A DNA stretch of 64,000 nt from Acidimicrobiales bacterium (GTDB taxonomy: Bacteria > Actinomycetota > Acidimicrobiia > Acidimicrobiales > UBA8190): assembly GCA_035509915.1 (NCBI GenBank), contig DATKIB010000172.1:609-64608 (forward strand), read 5' to 3'. The notes beneath the pieces were generated by a model. That model worked only from the letters and a program-made list of their open reading frames with translations, searched no databases and was not told the origin of the DNA. A program made the translations under genes and the position numbers. Shown one piece after another: positions 48,830 through 57,588 of the stretch (position 1 is its first letter; each line of letters opens with the position of its first letter).

Positions 48830-49189
48830 TCATCCCTGGGCTGCTTCTTCGACCGTGAGTTCAGCTGCAGGATCAGCCTCGAGGCGCTCGTCGGGGATCC
48901 GAATGCCGCTTTTCACCGATCGACCGTAGATACCTTCGCGAAGGCGGGCTTCGGCCCGCTCGACGGCGCCCAGCCTCTCCCGCAAGCCAACTGTGACAGC
49001 GTCGTCCACTTGCTCTGCTGTAAGGCGCTCGGCAGGATCTGCCATGTCACCGGACTCGTTGGCTGCGCTTCGATTCTGTTGCCCCGCCTCGATCGCTTCC
49101 TGAAGGAGCTGCTCGACGCGCCGTCGCTCGGCTTCGAGTAGTTCCCTGGCCCGTACGTCATCCATCTTGCCTCCCAGCCGTTCCTTCAC
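48830..49189 (-). CDS. DksA/TraR-like protein lacking the Cys4 zinc finger
   Basis: Coiled-coil N-terminus, then EARLREGIYGRSVKSGIRIPDERLEADPAAELTVEEA. This aligns with G.YG.C..CG..I...RL...P.A..C..C, with all four Cys replaced. Confidence 0.55.
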   Translation of the reverse strand: MKERLGGKMDDVRARELLEAERRRVEQLLQEAIEAGQQNRSAANESGDMADPAERLTAEQVDDAVTVGLRERLGAVERAEARLREGIYGRSVKSGIRIPDERLEADPAAELTVEEAAQG

Positions 49190-49321
49190 CCTAGTCTTGA
49201 GGATGGGCGAATTGGCCGCCGAGGTTGTTGCGCCGCGCTGTGGCTGAAGGCGAGTGGCTGGCTACGGCGGCCGCGTTATGAAGCCAACACCGCATCAGTA
49301 GCCCGTGACCGCTTCGGCAGA

Positions 49322-50068
49322 CTAGGTGTTGGTGAGGGCTCCGCTCGCGATGACGGGAGAGTCGGGCTGCGGAACGCCACCCGACGGTTCGGCGGTGAGC
49401 ATGACCATCGTCATTCCGCGCTGGACTTCGAAGCTGGTGAGCGTTGGTTCGCGGCCGAGGACCCCGAGAGAGACGGGCGTCCCTCGGCTCAAGGCCCAAA
49501 GTTGATACGTGCGCCCCGCGGACAGCTTCGGAAGTGAGTCGTTGACCAGATAGGCGCTTCCGTTGTTGGCGACAACGACGTGGGCAGGCGTTGCTCCGGT
49601 CGCTGCTCGCAGGTAGACGACCGTGTGACCAGGCCGGGCGAGGGCCGAGGACTCGGCTCGTCGTAGAGCCTGTGCGACAGACTCACCTTGGAGATGATTG
49701 ACACGACCTTCCAGACCGGCAACGGACACCGCGAGCAAGACGACCGCAGCGGCGACAGCGACAGCGGCCGCACCGAACGCGTAGAGCCGACGGCGCGATG
49801 TAGGACGGGTCGCCCTGAGAACCGAGCGCTGCATACCCGACGACGAGGGCTGGTCGATCGATGCGAGAACTGCCTCCCACAGGCCGTCCGGCGCCTCGCC
49901 GCCGAGGCTGCCGAGCATAGGGGCCGTCGTTTGATACTCCAACAGCTCGGCGTTGCACCGAGGGCACTGTCCGACGTGGAGCTCGACCTGTGTAGCCTCC
50001 TCGACCTCGACCGCGTCGAGCGCGTAAGCCCCGAGTAAAGATGTGATCTCGTCGTGAGACTCAGTCAC
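49322..50068 (-). CDS. Anti-sigma factor, zf-HC2 N-terminus plus RskA-type extracytoplasmic domain
   Basis: ELHVGQCPRCNAELLEY (HxxxCxxC), a central TM (LYAFGAAAVAVAAAVVLLAV), and C-terminal GRTYQLWALSRGTPVSLGVLG...LTAEPSGGVPQPDSPVIASG. GTG 50068 overlaps the sigma stop (GTGA). Confidence 0.8.
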   Translation of the reverse strand: MTESHDEITSLLGAYALDAVEVEEATQVELHVGQCPRCNAELLEYQTTAPMLGSLGGEAPDGLWEAVLASIDQPSSSGMQRSVLRATRPTSRRRLYAFGAAAVAVAAAVVLLAVSVAGLEGRVNHLQGESVAQALRRAESSALARPGHTVVYLRAATGATPAHVVVANNGSAYLVNDSLPKLSAGRTYQLWALSRGTPVSLGVLGREPTLTSFEVQRGMTMVMLTAEPSGGVPQPDSPVIASGALTNT

Positions 50069-50643
50069 AGCTCGACGCCCTGAAGACCGGCCGCGGTGAG
50101 ATTCGTCTGGAGACGGCGGAGGCCGCTCCGGATTCGGCTCTTCACGGTCCCTTCGGGCTGCCCCAGGAGCGTCGCGGTCTCCCTGTAGGTGTACCCGCCG
50201 AAGTACGCGCACTCGATCGCTTTGCGCTCGTCGTCGGGGAGCTCGTCGACCGCCGATCGAACCTTGGTAACGAGGGTGAGGTCCCACACCTCCCGCTCGA
50301 GGTCGTACGTCATCGGCGCTGCGGCGCGAGCCTCCTCCTCCTCTCGTTTGGTACGCCGGCGGTCCGACCTCAGGCGGTCGATCGCACGGCTGTGGGCGAA
50401 GTTGAGGAGGAATGCACGCAGGCTTCCGCGCGCCGGGTCGAAGCGGTCTGGTTCGTGCCAGAGCCAGACGAAGGCATCGTGCGCGACCTCACGAGCCGCG
50501 CCTTCGTCTCGAAGGACCTGTTTGGCGACCGCGAAGACGGATCCTGCGTGGCGACGGAACGCCTCTGCGAGTGCATCCTGGTTCCAGCGTCCTATGGCGA
50601 GGACGAGGATGGTGTCGCTGGCGTTGCGAAGGTCGGCGGGCAT
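50065..50643 (-). CDS. ECF (group 4) sigma-70 family RNA polymerase sigma factor, SigK-like
   Basis: Region 2 EVAHDAFVWLWHEPDRFDPARGSLRAFLLNFAHSRAIDRLR. Region 4 LPDDERKAIECAYFGGYTYRETATLLGQPEGTVKSRIRSGL. Confidence 0.9.
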   Translation of the reverse strand: MPADLRNASDTILVLAIGRWNQDALAEAFRRHAGSVFAVAKQVLRDEGAAREVAHDAFVWLWHEPDRFDPARGSLRAFLLNFAHSRAIDRLRSDRRRTKREEEEARAAAPMTYDLEREVWDLTLVTKVRSAVDELPDDERKAIECAYFGGYTYRETATLLGQPEGTVKSRIRSGLRRLQTNLTAAGLQGVEL

Positions 50644-50652
50644 GCGCGTCGC

Positions 50653-51057
50653 CTAGGACGTTCGGCCGATCTCCGCGGTGCTGGAGGTGAGAACCCTGCT
50701 CACGATCGGCGACGCTAGCTTGGCTTCGGTCACCTCACCTGGCTTCACCACGACCCGCTGGGCAGACGCACGCCGCGCGTCACACCTATCACGCCAGCGA
50801 ATCTCGTACTGCCCAGCCTCGAGAGATGCGAACAGCCCCGCGTAGAACACCTGTTGCCGCACGCGGCGCTCGCGGACTGCCGTGTGTAGACCGGTCCAAT
50901 CACAGCCTGCGCGTCGAATCTCGATCTCGGCTCGGACGGTGTCCGGCGGGGCGTGCACGACCAGGGCCCCTGCGCCATCACCGATCTCGAGCAGAACGCT
51001 GCCGGGACCCGTTGGTCCGAGCCCATGCTCGTGTAGGGGACCGTCCGACATTGGCAC
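50653..51057 (-). CDS. Small hypothetical protein (134 aa), beta-sandwich-like pattern
   Basis: HGLGPTGPGSVLLEIGDGAGALVVHAP...AEIEIRR...LEAGQYEIRW. GTG 51057 overlaps the DUF4331 stop by 1 nt (TAGTG). Confidence 0.55.
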   Translation of the reverse strand: MPMSDGPLHEHGLGPTGPGSVLLEIGDGAGALVVHAPPDTVRAEIEIRRAGCDWTGLHTAVRERRVRQQVFYAGLFASLEAGQYEIRWRDRCDARRASAQRVVVKPGEVTEAKLASPIVSRVLTSSTAEIGRTS

Positions 51058-52481
51058 TACGAAGCAGGGACAGCGAAGCCGCTGTAGGGCTCACCCAGGT
51101 AAGGGAACGAGCTCATGTAGTTCTCGGTGCCCATCGCCGTCAGGTCGGTGGGGCCGGAGGTGAGGCCAGGCGAGATCTCGCCCGCGGCCGCGTCGGCCTT
51201 GTAGGAGGGGTCGACGAGAGGGAGCGTTGCGCCCGCCAGGGCCCGCAGCTCGATGGTCACCACGTCGTCGAAGACCCGCCGGCCGTTGGGCCAGCCGGCC
51301 GGGTCCCCGCCCACCAGTCCGAGGTTGCTCGGCTTCGAAGCCGGTGCGATCGCCATGTTGAGCCGCAACATGTCCGACTGGGTGTGGGTGGTGAAGTTCT
51401 GGAAGCCTGTCACCACCCCGGTGGGGATGCCGGTGAGAAAGACGGCTTCGAGGTCGGCGCGGTTGGGCGAACCGGCGTTGTAGGCCGCGAGGTTCGGGAA
51501 CACACCCGGGTACAGCACAGGCAGCAGCTGAGACAGCTCGGGGTTGCTGACGCCGGCGGCGAACTGCTTGTCGCCCGAGGGCGGCTGACCGTTCCAGTAG
51601 TCCTTCTTGGCAAGGGGGACGAGAACTTCGTTCACGAGCGGGTTCCCTAGACGCGAAATCTGGACGTACGGTCCAGTGGAGACGTCCTGGGCGGGGTTGG
51701 TGTGGAGCACCCTCGCCTTCTGGCGGCTGGCCGTCGTCCAGATCCCGATCACCGAGGACGCCGAGGCTGCATCAGTCGGGCTCGAACCGCCGCGCGTGAG
51801 CTGGGTCATGGGGACCTGCAGGGCAAGGGTGTGCACGTTCAAGGACTTGGTCGCGTTGATGCCCGCAGCCATCTTGCCGAGACCGGTGTTCGAGAGACCG
51901 AAGGTGGCGTGGTCGGCCTCGAAGGGTCGCAGCACTGCGAGTTCGAACGTGGCCCCGAGGTCCACGTAGAAGCCGTCAGCCCGCTGCCCTGCGAACACGG
52001 TGACCCCGCCCGACAGGCTGTTGACGGCAGCCGACGCGAGCGACGCGTAGTCGGGCGTGGACAACGGGCCGATGTTGCACGGAGGGCACGAGAGCCCTCT
52101 CCCGAGCACGGTCGACTTCTTCGTCGCGTGGTCCAATCGCGTAAGCGAGTAGAGCTGGCGTCTGTTCCAGTTCTTGTCGGTCAGCGACTGGATGGGCCCC
52201 GTGTTGTAGAGAAACGTGTTGGGGTTGGTGATGTCGCTCTTGAACCGGAACTGGAAACTGATGTCCGGCTTGGCGTCCCCGGTGTTGTCGATGTGTATCT
52301 CGTAGAGCACGTCCTCACCGAACTCATAGAAGTTGGGCCCCCCGTCGGGACCCTGGAGCGGCACGTAGTTCGCTATGAGGGTCACCGTGGAGGGTTTGTC
52401 GGGACTGACGAACGCGTAGAGGTCTGCGCTGTCAGCGACCGGGTCTTTCGAGATCTGGGGCGCTTCACGGTGTGATGACAT
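51057..52481 (-). CDS. DUF4331-domain protein
   Basis: The N-terminus MSSHREAPQISKDPVADSADLYAFVSPDKPSTVTLIANYVPLQGPDGGPNFYEF...YEIHIDN is the signature of the DUF4331 family. Confidence 0.85.
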   Translation of the reverse strand: MSSHREAPQISKDPVADSADLYAFVSPDKPSTVTLIANYVPLQGPDGGPNFYEFGEDVLYEIHIDNTGDAKPDISFQFRFKSDITNPNTFLYNTGPIQSLTDKNWNRRQLYSLTRLDHATKKSTVLGRGLSCPPCNIGPLSTPDYASLASAAVNSLSGGVTVFAGQRADGFYVDLGATFELAVLRPFEADHATFGLSNTGLGKMAAGINATKSLNVHTLALQVPMTQLTRGGSSPTDAASASSVIGIWTTASRQKARVLHTNPAQDVSTGPYVQISRLGNPLVNEVLVPLAKKDYWNGQPPSGDKQFAAGVSNPELSQLLPVLYPGVFPNLAAYNAGSPNRADLEAVFLTGIPTGVVTGFQNFTTHTQSDMLRLNMAIAPASKPSNLGLVGGDPAGWPNGRRVFDDVVTIELRALAGATLPLVDPSYKADAAAGEISPGLTSGPTDLTAMGTENYMSSFPYLGEPYSGFAVPAS

Positions 52482-52575
52482 CTCTGGTTCACTCCTGCTC
52501 GATGACGGATTTGTTGTCTAACTGCAATCGGTCCTCGCCCCCTGGGCGGGCCTATCGGAGAATCCGACGATTGGT

Positions 52576-52585
52576 GGAAATTTCC
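52576..52585. promoter_or_regulatory. Perfect 10-bp AT-rich palindrome GGAAATTTCC between the Tat-signal gene and the DUF4331 gene
   Basis: Seen directly in the sequence. It lies 6 nt downstream of the stop at 52591 and about 95 nt upstream of the DUF4331 start. Function unknown. Confidence 0.25.
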
Positions 52586-52590
52586 CAGAC

Positions 52591-52878
52591 CTATCTGGCA
52601 GCGCGGAACAAGCGGCCTGCCAACTGCGGGTCGCGCGTCACAAACTCGCGCGTTCCGCTGAACAAGCTGATCTCGCCGGTCGACAGGTCCTTCACGTGCG
52701 CCACGAGCGGTTCAGTGAGCCCGGCAGCGCCCGCGTCCGCTCCTGTGACGGCCTCATCGGCAGCCGGGGCGTCTGATGCAGCGGGCCCAAGGGATTCGAC
52801 GAGCGCCGGCGCTACGGCAACCGAGGCGGCCGCCAACGAGGAGCGCAACAGAAAGAGCCTGCGGCTGAACGGAGCCAT
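52591..52878 (-). CDS. Small secreted protein with a twin-arginine (Tat) signal (95 aa)
   Basis: MAPFSRRLFLLRSSLAAASVAVAPA (SRRxFLx motif plus an h-region). First gene of the DUF4331-ECF sigma gene string. Confidence 0.5.
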   Translation of the reverse strand: MAPFSRRLFLLRSSLAAASVAVAPALVESLGPAASDAPAADEAVTGADAGAAGLTEPLVAHVKDLSTGEISLFSGTREFVTRDPQLAGRLFRAAR

Positions 52879-53037
52879 GCGTCGTATGCCCCTTCTTTCG
52901 TCAAGCGGGTGGCAAAGAATGGCCGGCGCCACGATCGATGCCCCTGAAATGCCACTTTCGATGGATATACGTCACCGGCGTGGATGCTGGATGACGAGAT
53001 TCAGAAGATTGCCGGGCATTCCCGTGACGCTGGCAGG

Positions 53038-54036
53038 TCACGTGGACTCGCTAGCCGCGGGCCGAGGTTTCAGACCGGCCGCCACATAGATAGCGTCGAT
53101 GACACGCATGTTGGCGACCGCCTCGCTCGGCGGCGTGAGGGTCGGCGCCCCCTCCTGCACAGCGGCCCGGAACGCCTCGAGCTGGTAGCCGTAGGTGGGC
53201 CCGCCCGCCACCCGCTCGTGGTGCCTTCCTTTCGGTCCGGAGACGCTCAAGCGGTTGAACATGTGGGGAGTGGTCGGATTGAGGACCCGCATCGTCGCCA
53301 CCGAGCCGGTCACCACGACCCGGAGCCTGAGCAGCGTCGACGACCACATCGAAGCCAGGATGCTTCCGGTACGCCCGTCGGCGAAGGAGAGCTCGGCCTC
53401 CATGCGCCTGTCCACACCCGGCGAACGCAGCCTGGCTGTGGCCCGGACCACCGCCGGCTCCGCCCCCGCCAACGTCCGGACCATGTGCACGGGATAACAG
53501 CCGGCGTCCATGAGCGCTCCCCCTGCCAGCGAAAGCTGCCACCTGATGTCCTTGAACAGTGGCAGCGGGAAGCAAAGCGCCGCCTCGATACGACGCACCT
53601 CGCCGAGCTCGCCGCTGCCGACGATCTCGAGCATGCGGGCGGCCATCGGGTGGTACCGCCAATGGAACGCTTCCATCACCACCAGTCCGGAGGATGCAGC
53701 GGCGTCGGCGATCTGTTTCGCCTCGTCCGCGTTGGCAGTGAAGGGCTTCTCGCAGAGCACGTGCTTGCCCTGCGCCAATGCCCGTAGAGTCCACTGACCG
53801 TGCAACCCGTTGGGGAGGGGGATATAGACGGCATCGAGGTCGTCGTCGGCCAGGAGCGCCTCGTACGACTCGTGCACCTTCGCGATGTGGTGTTTGCCGG
53901 CGAAGGCCCGGGCTCGAGCCGGGTCTCTCGCTGCCACCGCGGCGCAGACGACCTGGTCGTTGGACGCGGACGGCTTGATCAAGGCCGCGGGTGCGATCCT
54001 CGCTGCGCCAAGGCAGCCCACACGAAGGAGTCCCAT
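53038..54036 (-). CDS. Gfo/Idh/MocA-family oxidoreductase
   Basis: LRVGCLGAARIAPAALIKP, HVLCEKPF (EKP motif), typical C-terminal domain. ATG at 54036. Confidence 0.85.
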   Translation of the reverse strand: MGLLRVGCLGAARIAPAALIKPSASNDQVVCAAVAARDPARARAFAGKHHIAKVHESYEALLADDDLDAVYIPLPNGLHGQWTLRALAQGKHVLCEKPFTANADEAKQIADAAASSGLVVMEAFHWRYHPMAARMLEIVGSGELGEVRRIEAALCFPLPLFKDIRWQLSLAGGALMDAGCYPVHMVRTLAGAEPAVVRATARLRSPGVDRRMEAELSFADGRTGSILASMWSSTLLRLRVVVTGSVATMRVLNPTTPHMFNRLSVSGPKGRHHERVAGGPTYGYQLEAFRAAVQEGAPTLTPPSEAVANMRVIDAIYVAAGLKPRPAASEST

Positions 54037-54100
54037 CTCCCCATCTTGGCCCACGATGTGCCCGCGGGCCCCCTCCCTGCGCGAGGGAAAAGATGGCCGG

Positions 54101-55045
54101 CTATGCCGTGCGCGACACTTCGTGGGGGAGACCGAGAGCTTCCTCTACAGCGGCCAGCAGCCGGACCGGGTCGGCGTGGGAGTGCAGAGGTTCCCCGTTG
54201 CCGACGGCTTCGGCGCCGTTCTGGCTTTCGACCGTTTTCACTGAGGGGCCGCTTTCTCGCCACGGAGATAGACGCCCAAGGTCGAGAAGCCCCATGCCGC
54301 CGGGCTTGCCGAGATAGAAGCCCTGGCCATACCGGCAGCCGAGGGCGCGCAACGTGTTGAGCTCGCCTTCGGTCTCGATGCCTTCTGCGACCATCGAGGC
54401 GTTGTAGGCGTCGAGGCCGAAAGTGAGCAGCGCGGCGCCGAGCGCGCGACGAGCCGGGTCGAGGTCGATACCGCGCGTCAGTGTGATGTCCAGCTTGATC
54501 ACGTCAGGGCGCAGGTTGAGGATGTGCCGGAAGCTCGAGAACCCCGAACCCGCGTCGTCTATCGCTAGCCGCAGGCCCTGCGACCGCAACTGAGAGATGG
54601 CTCCCTTGAACGAGTCGTAGTCGTCTATGCCGGTGTGCTCGGTCAGCTCGAGCACGACGCGTTCGGCAGCGACGTCCGCGATGACGGAGCGGAACTCGGG
54701 GGAGACCATCGTCGTCGGCGAGGCGTTGAGCGACAGGTAGATGCCTCGCGGGAGCTTCCTCAGCTGTTGGAGCGCCGCTTCTACCGCTGCGACCTCGAGC
54801 TCCACGTCCCTACCGACGTCCGCCGCCTCCGCGAACCAGTGATCCGGAGGCCTCACGGGTGGTGCGAGAAAGCGCGATAGCGCTTCGGCACCCACCGTCG
54901 AGCCGGTGCGCAGGTCGACTATGGGCTGGAAGACCATCTCGAGCGCGCCCAACGCGACGTTGACGCGAAGCTGCTTCTCCGAGCGCTCGGCTTCTGCTTT
55001 GTTCTCGACCTCCAAGAGGCGACGATGCCTGGGGCGCGCGCGCAT
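54101..55045 (-). CDS. EAL-domain cyclic-di-GMP phosphodiesterase (no GGDEF domain)
   Basis: FQPIVDLRTGSTVGAEALSRF, LSLNASP, LELTEH, LAIDDAGSGFSSF, IKLD, AEGIETEGE, GQGFYLGKP. Start uncertain: ATG 55045 is used, and the listed ORF extends to 55357, overlapping the divergent gene. Confidence 0.8.
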   Translation of the reverse strand: MRARPRHRRLLEVENKAEAERSEKQLRVNVALGALEMVFQPIVDLRTGSTVGAEALSRFLAPPVRPPDHWFAEAADVGRDVELEVAAVEAALQQLRKLPRGIYLSLNASPTTMVSPEFRSVIADVAAERVVLELTEHTGIDDYDSFKGAISQLRSQGLRLAIDDAGSGFSSFRHILNLRPDVIKLDITLTRGIDLDPARRALGAALLTFGLDAYNASMVAEGIETEGELNTLRALGCRYGQGFYLGKPGGMGLLDLGRLSPWRESGPSVKTVESQNGAEAVGNGEPLHSHADPVRLLAAVEEALGLPHEVSRTA

Positions 55046-55305
55046 CAACGCATGTTGGACTGCCGCCCTGCCGGCTGCGCTCAACGTTGCCCCCCGCTGC
55101 GACAATCGGCCACGGGTAGTGATCCCGTTGTCGCCTTTATGTCCCCTCTCGCCCAGGATACCAACCCACCCCCTGCAGTTGTCGAGGGAACAGGTGTTCG
55201 ATGACTCCGGATCCGCGGCTCGGCACTGGGGCAGACTGGGCGGCGTGGTGAGGAAGGTCGGGCCAGTGACGACGGTCGGAAAACCGGCCTGAGGGAATTG
55301 CTCGC

Positions 55306-56349
55306 GTGCTCGATCTGGTCCTCTCGAAGCCGGCGATGGTGCTCGGCACCGTCGCATCCGCGCTCTGGGCCCTGGGCAGCGTGCTCGACGGCCTCGCCTA
55401 CGCTGTGCTCAGCTCCCCTGGGGACCTCACCACGACCGACCACCTGGCGACGGCCGGCGCATGGCTGTCCTTCGTGTCGGGGCTTGTCCTGCTGTGCGCC
55501 GTCGTCTACGTGGCTTGGGGCCTTCTCGCGCAGAGGCGATGGCAGCAGATGTGGGAAGCGGCGGCAGCCGGGCTGGCGACGCTGGTGTTCGCTATAGGGC
55601 TGCTCGTAGCTGCGACCCAAGCCACCAACGTCTCAGAAGCGGCGAACGTGGTGGCCGCCGTCGGTGTCGGCGGGTGGGCTGCCCTGTTGGTGGTGGGAGC
55701 GGCGAGGCGCGCGCTGTCGGAGCAGGCTTCCCCCGGCGTGCAGCGCCAGGCGGGTTTGCGGCTCGCTGCTGCGGGATCGTTGATCGTCGCAGCGATCGGC
55801 TTCGGGCTGCCGAACGCCTCGCTCGACGACGCCACCCTCGCAGTAGCCAACGCCGTGGTGTTCGTCGCGGCGTTCGCGGCGCTCGTGACAGTGCTCTCGA
55901 TTGCGCGCGCACGAGGCCTTCTCGTGACGAGGCAATTCCAGTTCCTTGCGCTCGGTCTGTGGGTCCTCGTGGCGGGGGAGGTGGTCCGTTGTGTCGCGAG
56001 CGGAATTGTCTTCGGTCCACCGCCGTACTCGGTGACCTCGATCCGTGTCGGGCTCTCGCTCCCCGCTTTCGTCGGGGCGGTGGGTTTCGTGGTGCTGGGG
56101 TGGGCAGCGCTCGGTCGTGTGGGCGAGCTGGCGACGTCGGTCGCTCTCGGCCAGGCCTGGTACCCGGCATCCGGGTCTGGTCAGGCTGCACCCGCGACGT
56201 GGGCCGGACCACCCGAAGCGGCGATCTCGGTCCCGCCTTCTTGGCAGCCCGATCCGGCGGGCAGGCACGAAGTGCGCTGGTGGGACGGTGTCCGCTGGAC
56301 AGAGCACGTCCTCGACCGGGGCCAGCCGTCCGTGGACCCTCCCTCCTGA
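55306..56349 (+). CDS. Multi-TM membrane protein with a C-terminal DUF2510 motif
   Basis: About 8 hydrophobic helices, then the C-terminal PDPAGRHEVRWWDGVRWTEHV (DUF2510 signature). Confidence 0.6.
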   Translation: MLDLVLSKPAMVLGTVASALWALGSVLDGLAYAVLSSPGDLTTTDHLATAGAWLSFVSGLVLLCAVVYVAWGLLAQRRWQQMWEAAAAGLATLVFAIGLLVAATQATNVSEAANVVAAVGVGGWAALLVVGAARRALSEQASPGVQRQAGLRLAAAGSLIVAAIGFGLPNASLDDATLAVANAVVFVAAFAALVTVLSIARARGLLVTRQFQFLALGLWVLVAGEVVRCVASGIVFGPPPYSVTSIRVGLSLPAFVGAVGFVVLGWAALGRVGELATSVALGQAWYPASGSGQAAPATWAGPPEAAISVPPSWQPDPAGRHEVRWWDGVRWTEHVLDRGQPSVDPPS

Positions 56350-56477
56350 CTCGGATATTCCCAGGTCACAGCCTCGAAGCAGGAATCGCGGTTGTCCCGG
56401 CTCTAGGTCGCGGGCTAGATTTTCGGGCCGTTGTGTCTCGCGCCCGGTCCGCAGCGGCTGCGAGGTCAGGGCGAAGC

Positions 56478-57452
56478 GTGACGAGCCTCAGCAAGGTTCG
56501 CCCTGCCCTCGTCTCGGCTCTCGCTGCTGCGACCTCCCTATCGGTGGTCGTGGCGTCGCGTCCCGCCGCGGCCGACCAAGTCTCGAGCTTGAAGGCAGAG
56601 GCGACCGCCGTCTCACAAGAGCTCGTGCAGGCGCAACTGATCGTCGGCGCATACCAGCAGCAGTACTCGGTCGCTTCCGCGAAGGTCTCGGCAGACGCGA
56701 GGGCCATGGCCGAGACCGGACAGCAGATACAGCAGGACGAGCAACAGATCGACGAGTACTCGAGCGAGGTGCGCAAGCAAGCGGTCGCGTCCTACATGGA
56801 CAGCGGCGCCCAGGTGCTCGGCTCGGCCGACGCTCTTTTCACCGCCAACGAAGAGACGCTCCAGGTGGAGAACGAGTACGCCTCGGTTGCCGCAGGCAGC
56901 ATCGACACTGCGCTCGACCAGCTGCGCACCTCTCAGCGCCAGCTCCAGGCTCAGCAGGCGGAGCTTCAGCAGCAAGAGGCGACCGACCAGTCCGACCAGT
57001 CCCGGCAGGCGAGCTACCTGAGCCAGGCCGACCAGGGCGCCCAGCAGCTCCAAGCGGTGCAGAGCCAGGTGACGGGACAGCTCGCCCAGGCGGTGCAGGC
57101 TCAGGCGGCGGCCCAGGAGGCGGCGGCAGCCGCGGCGGTCGCCGCTGCACAACGGGCTTCGACCTCGCACGGCGGGCCCGCGGGTGCTGACCCGGCTCTC
57201 AACGCCTTCCTCCAGTGTGTCGTGCAAGCCGAGTCGGGAGGCGACTACGGAGCGGTCTCACCGAACGGCCTCTACATGGGCGCCTTCCAGTTCAGCCAGT
57301 CGACCTGGAACTCAGCGGCGCAGGCTGCGGGCCGCCCGGACCTGGTGGGAGTCCCGCCCAACCAGGCCTCGAAGGCTGATCAGGACACCGTGGCGGTCGC
57401 CCTCTACTCGCTCGACGGCGAGCAGCCCTGGCTCGGGGACCGCTGCGCCTGA
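56478..57452 (+). CDS. Secreted Rpf-like (transglycosylase-like domain) protein with a Gln-rich coiled-coil region
   Basis: Signal-like ALVSALAAATSLSVVVASRPAAA, followed by a long Q/A-rich coiled coil. C-terminal CVVQAESGGDYGAVSPNGLYMGAFQFSQSTWNSAA...ADQDTVAVALYSLDGEQPW resembles the resuscitation-promoting-factor transglycosylase fold. GTG at 56478. Confidence 0.75.
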   Translation: MTSLSKVRPALVSALAAATSLSVVVASRPAAADQVSSLKAEATAVSQELVQAQLIVGAYQQQYSVASAKVSADARAMAETGQQIQQDEQQIDEYSSEVRKQAVASYMDSGAQVLGSADALFTANEETLQVENEYASVAAGSIDTALDQLRTSQRQLQAQQAELQQQEATDQSDQSRQASYLSQADQGAQQLQAVQSQVTGQLAQAVQAQAAAQEAAAAAAVAAAQRASTSHGGPAGADPALNAFLQCVVQAESGGDYGAVSPNGLYMGAFQFSQSTWNSAAQAAGRPDLVGVPPNQASKADQDTVAVALYSLDGEQPWLGDRCA

Positions 57453-57555
57453 GATCCTCCCGGCTCGGCCGGGTGCCTGCGGCCAGAAGAATGTGACCCT
57501 GGACCACGAATAGTGGTCAAATGACCCGGTTAAGTGATAAAGAGCTTCGTCCGAT

Positions 57556-57588
57556 ACTCTCCGTGTGGAACGCAACAACACGGAGAGT
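57556..57588 (+). other. Perfect 11-bp-stem hairpin ACTCTCCGTGT-(11 nt)-ACACGGAGAGT overlapping the annotated GTG start at 57565
   Basis: Read directly from the sequence. A second small alternative pairing set (GACCAC/GTGGTC/TGACC) lies at about 57499-57526. Confidence 0.5.

Noticed and set aside
56350-56477. A c-di-AMP (ydaO-type) riboswitch upstream of the Rpf-like gene, as is common for actinobacterial rpf genes. The 57453-57564 interval was also checked.
   Set aside because: I could not find the conserved ydaO core elements by eye. An Infernal scan would be needed to exclude it formally.
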